A stretch of 64,000 nucleotides of DNA, taken from positions 7,564,001 through 7,628,000 of the forward strand of contig JBHGNT010000014.1 of the NCBI GenBank assembly GCA_043228905.1, written 5' to 3'. Under the pieces are notes generated by a model. The model had not been told where the DNA came from. It saw only the letters and a list, made by a program, of their open reading frames with translations, and ran no database searches. Source of the DNA: Azolla caroliniana. Lineage: Eukaryota; Plantae; Polypodiophyta. This document shows, in pieces, positions 1 through 10,309 of this stretch. A program made the translations under genes and the position numbers. Each line of letters opens with the position of its first letter. The stretch's first letter is position 1.

Positions 1-70
1 AAAACAAAAATTTTAAACATGGCAACAATATTATAATCTCTCCTACTCCCAAATATAGGAGGATCATGAA

Positions 71-1933
71 TTAGTTGGGGAATATGCTTGGGGACAAATT
101 CACTTCTTGTTCCCCATGATCATTTTCTTGAATTTCCTTATCCATTATAGAAATGTAGGTATGTCCCCAATTCACGTACTTCTTTAGACGCCATCCATTC
201 ACACGTAGTTCATGAAGAGTTCCATCCATGTTCTTGAGTTGATAACTTCCATCGTCAAAGCAATGGTGCACCACAAAAGGTCCTTCCCAACTATTTATCA
301 TCTTTTGTCCATTTATATTGTCAAAACGATTGTCGTAGCGAAGGACAAGAGATCCTTTTGAAAAAGTATCTTTTCTTGTCCTTTTATCATAATACTTCTT
401 CCTCCTCCAAGCTTGTTGTTTATAATGCTCTACTGCTTCCTCCCTTGAATATGGTTTTGTGACAAACTATCAATCATGAAACATTCTTTATCACATAGAG
501 ATGCTCTTAAGAGTCTATTGCTTCTAACTTGAAGTTCGATCGGAAATAAAGCTTCTTGTCCATACACTAAGAAAAAAGGTGTAAAACTTGTGGATGACTT
601 ATATGATATACGATAAGCCCATAGAGCATCATCAAGGAATTAATCCCATGTTCTTATTCTATTTGTTATAAGTTTTTGAAGATTTTTAACCAAAATACCA
701 TTTTCCTTTTCGACTGCTCCATTAGCTTGAGGATAATAAGGAGCAAAATACCTATGTTTAATCTTTAACATTTCTAATAAGGAAGGCAACACTTCACCAC
801 GAAAACTTGGACCGTGATCATATACAATCTCTAACGGTACACCAAATCTTGTACAAATATTACGGTAGATGAATTGGACCACATCCCTTGCTTTAATCGA
901 GGATGTTGCTATTGCTTCGACCCACATAGTCATGTAATCAGTAGCTACCAATATGAATTCTTTACCTCTTTGGGTTCTTGGAAGGGAACCCAACATCAAT
1001 TCCCCATTTTTCAAAGGCAGCAAAAACCACAATAGGATGCAAAGGGCCTGCTTGAAGATGTCTTCTTCCTGCCTTTTGACAAGCATCACAAGACTTGCAC
1101 CATTCATGAATATCTTTGTGAATAGAAGGCCATGTAAAACTTGTTAATAAAAGTTTTCTCAACATGATATCATGAGAAAAGTGCCCTCCACAAGCCTCCT
1201 CATGCATCTTTTGTAAGGTCTCTAGAATTTCCTCCTTAATAGGCACTCGTCGTAAAAGACCATCTTTGCCTTTATGATATAAGTCCTTATCCACCACCAT
1301 ATATTGGAATGCTCTCACTACCAATCGTTTTCTTTGTGTAGAATTTAAATCTTTAGGAAAATCATCACCATCAAGAGACTCACATGCCTCCATAAGAGAT
1401 GTCACATCTTTACACTCTTCCAGAATGCATATTGTCTCAAGTTTCAATTTCTTTAGTTGACCTTGAGCAAGTGCATTAGCCTCTTTATTGTCCAAACAAC
1501 TTACATGTTTTAGTTGAACTTTATGAAAACACTTCAAGTTGTATGATGCTTGTCAAAAGGTAGGAAGAAGACATCTTCAAGCAGGCCCTTTGCATCCTAT
1601 TGTGGTTTTTGCAAGTCGTGTGATGCTTGTCAAAAGGCAGGAATGGTGCAAGTTGTGTGATGCTTGCAAAAATGTATGTAAACCATCACTTTGACATTTC
1701 CACTCCTTGAATTTGTTTGATAACCAAAAGGGAATCACCTTTTACGATCAATCTTCTAATATCTCTTGCCTTACAAATTCGAAGATCAAGCACAAAGTGG
1801 CATACTCTGCTTCATTGTTGGTATTGGCATTGGATAAAATAATACCCTCTGTGTGCACGATCTCTCCATTAGGGTCTCTAATAACGAGGCTTCCAACCAA
1901 ACCTGCACATCCATTAGGGTCTCTAATAACGAG
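71..1933 (-). mobile_element. Degenerate Ty3/Gypsy pol fragment (Tat-like): additional RNase H followed by integrase
   Basis: Minus-strand motifs TNNEAEY (~1803-1823) and GDSLLVIKQI (~1700-1730); integrase zinc finger HEEACGGH...CKSCDACQ (ORF 962-1537); core 'FGVPLEIVYDHG...YYPQANGAVE' (640-1107); GPF-type tail 'WEGPF...RVNGWRLKKY' (71-301). Frameshifted. Confidence 0.9.
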
Positions 1934-1934
1934 C

Positions 1935-4598
1935 TAATCTTAAATAATTATTTTACTAGTTTTCATATCGTGTGTGAAAAACCACACGTCATTCACCCCC
2001 ACCAAACTTGCAAATCCACCGGTATGTGCCAATTTTGGTGAGGCTCCTCGTTTGATTACTCTACTTCATCGATGTTTCTTCTTTATACCTGAATTGCCGT
2101 TGCCATCCGATCCACCATATTCTTCTCTCACTCTTTGCATTTCCGTGCTTGGTTGCCATGGCTCCGTTTTCTCCTGTAGAGCATAATACTTCATGCTTTG
2201 TGCATGTGCCACCTTCATCTCGACCATCTCCTTAGTCATTTAGCTTTCTTTTATCATCCTTTCTTGTTCCATGCATGCCTTTCAAAGGCTTTATCAAAAT
2301 ACTATTGTTGAGTACTCTTAGTGGTCCATTCTTCAGCTGCATGCTCACCTCGAGGTTCTTAAGTGAACAGATTTCATGCTTCTCACTTGTTTTCTACTTT
2401 CGTGGTATACTCTCGTGTTGGAGTTGACCATGAATTCCATGCTAGTGTCATCCTTGTTAGATTTTGTGATTACATCCTTCGGATCCATTTGGCCCACTTG
2501 GCCCTCGTCTTCCCTTATCGTCCTTCTCGTCGGCTCTTTGTTGCAAGCATCAACTTTCGTTCCTGTGCTTTGCTTGAGCTCTTTGTCGCACACATCACCT
2601 TTTGTCATTCTAATTTGCTTTACTTCCTTGTTGCATGCACTAGCTTCAACCCTTGCTTCCTCGTTGTTGCCATCTTTCTCTTGGGCCTTACATCAGTTAA
2701 TGCCCAAGTCTCTCAAACGAGTGTGGAGGGATTTATACGATTTTGTAATTTGCTATTTCCTTTGTCGTGCTACCCTTAGCCACTTCCACCTTATGGTTGT
2801 TCGCATTGGCTTTGATCTTTCCTTCCTCACCGTCACCTTCCGTCTCTTGGTTCTTACATCGGTTAATGCCCAAGTCTCAAGAACTTTTGTGGGCAAAGTC
2901 TCTTCATGATCGTTGTCTACGCTCTTCGTCTTGACATCTCCCTCTTCTTTGCATGTGTTAGGTTTGGCCTTCACTTCCTCGTCGCCACCTTCCGTCTCTT
3001 GGGTCTCATGTTTGCTTTCCAATGCAAATGCCAAAGTCTCTGGAACAAGTGTGGAGAAAGTCTCGACACGGCCATCCGCCATTGACTTGTCCATAGCCAG
3101 TTTTGACTCAATGTCATTTTTCGTGACCATCTCCTCAATCATGTCGGCCTCACACTTTTTATCTCCCTTGATCATGCAATCTTTGCTCATGCTTGCGCCT
3201 TCATCGCATGATGTTTTAGACACGATGCGTGTTCCGAAACATTTGTCTTCGCTTGAAGTGGCATTCGCCACCCTCGATTAATTGGTTTCATTCTTCATCA
3301 TTGTTTCTTTGCAAGACGTGAAAGCGTCTTGTTCCACACCTTCTCCCGTGGTGTTGTCATACCGAACTTGGGTCTTCGTATTGGCCATATCATTACTCCA
3401 CCTTTGTTGGGAGGTCTCTTCTTCCTTGATAACCATTTTAATCGGTTTTGGTTCCATTATAAGATTCTCTTTGGCCTCAAATTGCACCTTTAAATTCTCA
3501 TATGCCTAGTTTATGAAGGCCTCTATGTCGAGTACCATCCAACCTTCCCTCTTCAAGCTCTCTTCTTTAGGTGGTAGTTTGTAGTTGCTTCCTATCCTCC
3601 TTTCACCATCCGTCGTGGGTTGTAATGTTGTCGATGAGAATCTTGTCTTCCTCATCGTGTAGTCGACATTCTCTTTCCACTTTCATCCAATCCTTGATGA
3701 GGCCATTTGCACCATCGTCATCCTCAAGTCGGATTCCAATGGCCTTCCTTTTTTTCAGATCTATTGATTTCACAAACATGAGGACTTTATCCACCCCCAC
3801 CAATCTTTGATCCTGCTCCGAGAGTTGTGTAAAGCAACACTCGAACTCAACGGAGGCATGCATGGCACACTGGTGGGTCTTCATAGATGACACCCATTAG
3901 TTGAACTTGTATAGACTTTGTCCCTCCGCCTTTTTGTAACCAGCTTTGTTGATTAAAGCCTTACGATCTCTTTCCTTCAACATGATTTCCACGATGGACA
4001 CCATGCCTTTCATCGATTCCTCTCCTTGGGTTCCACTTGTCGAAGCCATCGTCGCACTTGATATCCTCCCTATCGTCTCTTCACGTCGGGTTCACCACTT
4101 AATTATGTCTTGAAAAATCCGTCACTATGTGCGAATCGTGAGGTGGAACCTCCGGGGTTATGGACTGGAAGGAATTAGTGCTCACCCTTACAACACAAGC
4201 AATATTTAAACATAAGACAAGTAGGAGGGAGAAAACGTTCATTTCTTGCAAAAGAAAAATAGATTCTTTATAATTCTAGAATCATGTTACAATGGATTGG
4301 ATATGAATATGAAAGATCATTCTTGAAAGAAAGGAGCCAACAACCATGTAAGGAGTGGTTCAATATCAATATGAGAGATTATTCTTTTCCCCCCCAAGGA
4401 ATGGGAGAGAGAAGAAGAGAAAAACAAACTAGAGAAAAAAAGAGAGTGGAACATATACGGAGTTCTTTGTTGATCATAGCCTCCCATGTTCCTTTGCATA
4501 CGTCCCTTTTTAGTTGCTTGGCCTCCTTTTTTAGTTGCATACGACCGTTCAGCCAGTGCGTAATCCGTATGTGCGTCGCAACCAAACCGTAGACGCGT
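1935..4598 (-). mobile_element. Older, degenerate gag-only LTR retroelement (tRNA-Trp PBS family); truncated 3' LTR at ~1935-1991, 5' LTR from 4106 into the gap
   Basis: PBS at 4080-4097; ORF 3603-3893 is homologous to gag 7921-8484 (DKVLMFVKSID..IGI.LEDD..NGL.DW); acidic tail fragments 2345-3487 resemble ORF 6548-7924; PPT/LTR junction at ~1991-2001 resembles 6595-6607. Confidence 0.8.
4080..4097 (-). promoter_or_regulatory. Primer binding site complementary to tRNA-Trp 3' end
   Basis: Plus strand TTCACGTCGGGTTCACCA matches the 3' 18 nt of plant tRNA-Trp(CCA); identical at 5747-5764 and 8573-8590, degenerate at 54907-54924. Confidence 0.85.
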
Positions 4599-4698
4599 NN
4601 NNNNNNNNNNNNNNNNNNNNNNNNNNNNNNNNNNNNNNNNNNNNNNNNNNNNNNNNNNNNNNNNNNNNNNNNNNNNNNNNNNNNNNNNNNNNNNNNNN
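4599..4698. other. Assembly gap (100 N)
   Basis: Run of N. Confidence 1.
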
Positions 4699-5453
4699 AA
4701 CGGAAGGTGGTGGGAGAGAAAACAAAGGTCGAAGCCGATTCATACGACGGAGAGATAGCGCAGAAGGAGGCTATGGTTGAAATGACAGAGGATGATAATA
4801 CCGAGGATTCCTACCACTAATTCTAGAGACTTCGGCAGTTGTGTCCGAGAACCAACGTGAGACCGGAGAGACGGGAGGTGGCGGCAAGAAAGGTAAAGTC
4901 GGAAGCCAGTTATGGAAGGTGATCCGGACGGGATTCCGATCCGAAAGAAAGCCGAACCGGTTAAAAGAGGATTCGACCAAAAGTCCCCGAAAGAAAGCCG
5001 AACCGAAAGGAAGAGAATTCGGCCGAAAGACGACACAAACGAAAGCTGAATCGGGCGAATGAGGATTCGGCCGAAAGACGACCCGAAACAAAGCCGACCC
5101 GAAAAGGGGTCGACTTGGTCAAAACCGATCGACCGAGTCTGACTTGGCCGAACGCGAATATGGATGGAAGCCGACCTAGCCGAAAGCCGATCGGACGAGA
5201 CCGATCCGGAAAAAAGTCAAGGTTGATGAAGACAAGAAAGAGGCCAGTAAAAGACATTACCACGAATGACAAGGGCCAAGAATATGACGAGAGAGAACAA
5301 AGAATATGGTGGATCGGATGGCGACAATGGTTCAGGTGGAAAGAATGGGTCTACTCAAAATGGAGAGACAAAGTTGACATAGCGGGACAAACGGAGGATG
5401 AAGGGGAGACAACGAGCATCGGCAACTTCGGCACATACCGGAGGATGTGCGGG
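4699..5453 (+). mobile_element. Inverted partial copy of the gag-only element's 3' internal region
   Basis: Reverse complement of ~6610-7534 with an ~200 nt internal deletion; ORF 5115-5516 reproduces the tail of ORF 6548-7924. Confidence 0.9.
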
Positions 5454-5461
5454 TCTGGTTT

Positions 5462-5768
5462 AGTTGCCGTATCTTGTGGATTCTCTCTTGTAGCTCATCC
5501 ATGGCTACCCGACTGAAGGATATCACTTGCAATCCTTCCGGTATCCCACATCGCATCATCTCCCCTTTGTAGTTACGTAGATAGCGTGACACATCATTTC
5601 CGTTGAATTCCCCATTTCGTCGCACAAGCCACTCTACTGCCGCCTTCATCTCCGTCATCGCGCGTTGTTATTGTTGCATCCGCTCAACCATCATCATCAT
5701 CATGTTCATCACCTCTTGTTGATTCTCCATCTCCTTGCCACCTGTCTTCACGTCGGGTTCACCAACTG
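5462..5768 (-). mobile_element. 5' internal fragment (PBS-Trp plus gag N-terminus) of a gag-only element
   Basis: Near-identical to 8288-8595; ORF 5332-5658 starts MTEMKAAVEWLVRRNGEFNG. Confidence 0.9.
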
Positions 5769-6595
5769 TGTCGTGCCTTTCGGCTCCGGATCGTTGCGTG
5801 AGTCGGGTGGGAACCGCCGAGGTTTTGGACTAGGAGAAAGAAGAATATGAGATGAGGCTAGTAATGAATAGATTATTAGAAAGAGAGATAGAAATTTCGT
5901 GAATCCCACGAGTGTATTGTATTCGATTAATCAATATTTAGATAAGAATATGTATTTAGATTGAAAGAAAGATATAAGAAACTTGTGAATCCCACAAGTA
6001 TAGATTATATTATTTTCGTGAATCCCACGATTATATTAATCGGTTGGTGTTTTCGGAAATATATCCAATTTCCAAATATTTCACACACCTATTACATTGT
6101 GCTCCCCATCCTTATGTATTGATGGGAGAGACTAAGCATAGCTACATGCTTTTTTTTTCTAATATGTTCATGCACACTAAATGTGCATGTGATGCTTTTC
6201 TAATCCTTGCTTTTATTTGCTAAATATAGTGCTCATGCACGCTAGATGTGCATGAGTCACTTTTTAGTTGCTTGCGTTTTTCTATAAAATATTCACGCAC
6301 TCTAAAAATGCACGATTTACCTTTTAATAAAGGTAGGTGCAAATAAAGAGCTTATAGTTATTAAATCTATTTATAAAACACTAAAGATAAGGTAGTATAA
6401 TGGTAAAGTTGAGGTTTGGCTACGTGGAGGTACAAGGTTCAAATCTTGCCCTATGCACGTGATAAATATCTTGATATTCTTATTTTATTTATTGGTGATA
6501 AATATCTTGATATTCTTATTTTATTTATTTATATGTAATTAAATCGGTTATATTATTTTTACTTTTTCACGTAGTGTACGAAATACACTACGACA
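5769..6595 (-). repeat. LTR shared by two tandem gag-only units
   Basis: TGTCGT...ACGACA termini; PBS on its left and PPT (minus GGAGGGGGCGAG, 6596-6607) on its right. Confidence 0.9.
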
Positions 6596-8484
6596 CTCGC
6601 CCCCTCCGAACCCGCACATCCTCCGGTATGTGCCGAAGTTGCCGATGCTCGTTGTCTCCCCTTCATCCTCCGTTTGTCCCGCTATGTCAACTTTGTCTCT
6701 CCATTTTGAGTAGACCCATTCTTTCCACCCGAACCATTGTCGCCATCCGATCCACCATATTCTTTGTTCTCTCTCGTCATATTCTTGGCCCTTGTCATTC
6801 GTGGTAGTGTCTTTTACTAGCCTCTTTGTTGTCTTCATCAACCTTGATTTTTTTCCGGATCGCTCTCGTCCGATCAACTTTCGGTTTGATCGACTTCCGA
6901 TCGGATTCGTATTCGGCCGAATCGGAATCGGTTGTTCGGTTTTGATTGAGTCGGTCTCCTTCCGCCCCGGTTTCGATCTATCGGTTTCGGTTTCGGTTGG
7001 CTTTCTTTTCCTCGTTTTCACCAGCCTCGACCGATCCAACCTCCGGTTGAGTCGGATAAGCTTCTTTCCGGATCCGTCTCCTCCGATTGGCTTTCGGCTA
7101 GGTCGGCTTCCATCCATATTCGCGTTCGGCCAAGTCAGACTCGGTCGATCGGTTTTGACCGAGTCGACCCCTTTTCGGGTCGGCTTTCTTTCGGGTCGTC
7201 TTTCGGCTGAATCCTCATTTGCCCGGTTCGGCTTTCGTTTGTATCGTCTTTCGGTCGAATCCTCTTTTACCCGGTTCGGCTTTCTTTCGGATCGGAATTC
7301 CGTCCGGATCACCTTCCATCCGAACCGGCTTCCGACTTTACCTTTCTTGCTGCCACCTCCCGTCTCTCCGGTCTCACGTTGGTTCTCGGACACAACCGCC
7401 GAAGTCTCTAGAATTAGTGGGTAGGAATCCTCGGTATTATCATCCTCCGTTGTTTCACCCATAGCCATATTCTCGGCTATCTCTCCATCATACGCATCAG
7501 CTTCAACCTTTGATTTCGATCCGCCACCTTCCGTCTCTTCGGTCTCACATTGCCTTTCGAACGCAACCGCCGGAGTCTCTAGAATCAGTGGTGGGGAAGT
7601 CTCGATATGGCCATCCGTCGTTGATTCGTCCATAGCCACCTTCGATTCGATGTCATCTTTCGTGGCGACCTCCTCAATCAAGTCCTCTTTGCTCTCTTTC
7701 ACTGCATCAATTATGCTTACCCCTTTTTCACCCGATGTTTCAGACACTTGTATTCTGAAATCTTCTTCTACACTTGGGTTATCGGCCTTATCCTTCGTCG
7801 TTGTTCTTTCGCAAGACAAGAGGGTAGCTTGTTTTACACCCTCTTCCGTCGGACCATCATGTTGTATTTCGGCCTTCATATCGGCTCCATCGTTTGTCTT
7901 CAATCGACCATCGTTCATCGTCATGTCGTTGACAAGATTCTCATCTTCCTCTCATCATGTCTCTGGCATACCCTTTGGACTTCGGCCCAATCTTCGGTAA
8001 GACCATTCGTACCTTCATCGTCTTCGAGTTCGATCCCGATGTCCATCCTTTCTTTTCGATCGATCGATTTTACGAACATTAGGACTTTATCCTCTCCCAC
8101 CAATCGTTGTTCCCGCTCCGAGAGTCGAGCAAAACGATGCTCGAACTCTAGGAATGCTTGTGTTGCACTTCGGTGGGTCTTCTCCGATGCCACCCATTCA
8201 TCGAATTCTCGCCGATCTTGTCCCTTCGATCTCTTGTAATCATATGACTCTCGTAAAGCTTCTTCGAATGATCCCCATGTCGAGTTTTGTTGCCGTATCT
8301 TGTGGATTCTCTCTTGTAGCTCATCCATGGCTACCCGACTGAAGGATATCACTTGCAATCCTTCCGGTATCCCACATCGCATCATCTCCCCTTTGTAGTT
8401 ATGTAGATAGCGTGACACATCATTTCCGTTGAATTCCCCATTTCGTCGCACAAGCCGCTCTACTGCCGCCTTCATCTCCGTCAT
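6548..8484 (-). CDS. gag: Gypsy-type Gag (7921-8484) plus a frameshifted long charged, repetitive tail (6548-7924); no pol
   Basis: 'GEFNGNDVSRYLHNY...TWGSFEEAL' capsid-like pattern, homologous to gag of the pol-containing element at 54237-54861; only ~2 kb between PBS and PPT. Confidence 0.75.
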
Positions 8485-8595
8485 CGCGCGTTGTTATTGT
8501 TGCATCCGCTCAACCATCATCATCATCATGTTCATCACCTCTTGTTGATTCTCCATCTCCTTGCCACCCGTCTTCACGTCGGGTTCACCAACTGG

Positions 8596-9468
8596 CCGTC
8601 GTGCCTTTCGGCTCCGGATCGTTGCGTGAGTCGGGTGGGAACCGCCGAGGTTTTGGACTAGGAGAAAGAAGAATATGAGATGAGGCTAGTAATAAATAGA
8701 TTATTAGAAAGAGAGATAGAAATTTCGTGAATCCCACGAGTGTATTTTATTCGATTAATCAATATTTAGATAAGAATATGTATTTAGATTGAAAGAAAGA
8801 TATAAGAAACTTGTGAATCCCACAAGTATAGATTATATTATTTTCGTGAATCCCACGATTATATTAATCGGTTGGTGTTTTCGGAAATATATCCAATTTC
8901 CAAATATTTCACACACCTATTACATTGTGCTCCCCATCCTTATGTAGTGATGAGGGAGTCTTAGGAATCCTCGTGAATCCCACGAGTATAGTTTATTAAT
9001 TGGTGTTTTTTAGAAACATATCTAGTTTCCAAATATTTTTCACACACAATTACATTGTGCTCCCCATCCTTATGTAGTGATGAGGAAGTCTTAGTAATCC
9101 ATGCTTTTTCTCTAACTATAGACCCCACGCTTTTCCTATAGATAGACTATATGCTTTATCTAAAGTGATCATGCTTTTTTCTAACTTGTGCGTTTTTTAT
9201 CATGCACGCTAGATGTGTATGTGTAGCTTTTTCTTTTGTTATGCGTTTTTCTAATGTTTATCCTAGCGTGAATTTACCTTTCTATGTGGGACATCTATGC
9301 TTTAACACTAATGAAATGCTAGTGCAACGGTAAGACATTACATTATTAACATGGAGGTGCAAGGTTTGAATCTTGCCCTATGCATGTATTATTTATTTTG
9401 ACATTTTCTTCTATTTCTTCATATTTACTAAAACGTTACTTTATAAGCTTTTCATGTAGTGTACAAAA
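8596..9468 (-). repeat. 5' LTR of the gag-only element (chimeric, outer end truncated)
   Basis: 8598-8955 is nearly identical to 5770-6130; an internal duplication lies at ~8960-9100; the distal half resembles solo LTR 18459-19395. Confidence 0.85.
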
Positions 9469-10309
9469 GTCGTAGTGTAGGTTGCACACTATGTGGAAAT
9501 TATATTTTTGTCCCTCCGGATAGAGAATGGAGTGCTCGGTGAGAACCGGAAGAAAACGGCATACCGGCAAGGAGGAAAACGGCATACCGGCAAGGAAGAG
9601 CCGGATAAAGAGACATAAATGTAAAAAAAAAGGAAATACTCACTACTGCGCAGGGCATGATTCGAACTCTGCACCTCCACGTTGACAAACCCCAACCTTA
9701 CCATTATGCTACCTTATCTTTAGTGTTCTACAAATAGATTTAATAACTATAAGTGCTTTATTTGCGCCTACCTTTATTAAAAGGTAAATCGTGCATTTTT
9801 AGAGTGTGTGAATATTTTATAGAAAAAACGCAAGCAACTAAAAAGTGACTCGTGCACATCTAGCGTGCATGAGCACTATATTTAGCAAATAAAAGCAAGG
9901 ATTAGAAAAGCATCACATGCATATTTAGTGTGCATGAACATATTAGAAAAAAAAAAAGCATGTAGCTATGCTTAGTCTCTCCCATCACTACATAAGGATG
10001 GGGAGCACAATGTAATAGGTGTGTGAAATACTTGGAAACTGGATATGTTTCTAAAAAACACCAATTAATAAACTATACTCGTGGGATTCACGAGGATTCT
10101 ATATCATTCTCTTTCAACCCAAATTTATATTCTTATATTCATATTGATTAATCAAATACAATACACTCGTGGGATTCACGAGTTTGCTATAACTCTTTCT
10201 TACAACATATTTATATTCTTATTAGCCTTAAAACTCTCCTCTTCCTAGTCCAAAACCCCAGCGGTTTCCACCCGACTCACGCAACGATCCGGAGCCGAAA
10301 GGCACGACA
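9469..10309 (+). repeat. LTR of the same family in opposite orientation
   Basis: Starts GTCGTAGTG and ends GGCACGACA; reverse-complement similarity to 5769-6595. Confidence 0.9.

Noticed and set aside
4535-4780. ORFs spanning X residues
   Set aside because: Artefact of the N gap.
6385-6460. Functional tRNA gene
   Set aside because: No convincing acceptor or anticodon stems; only promoter boxes are recognisable.
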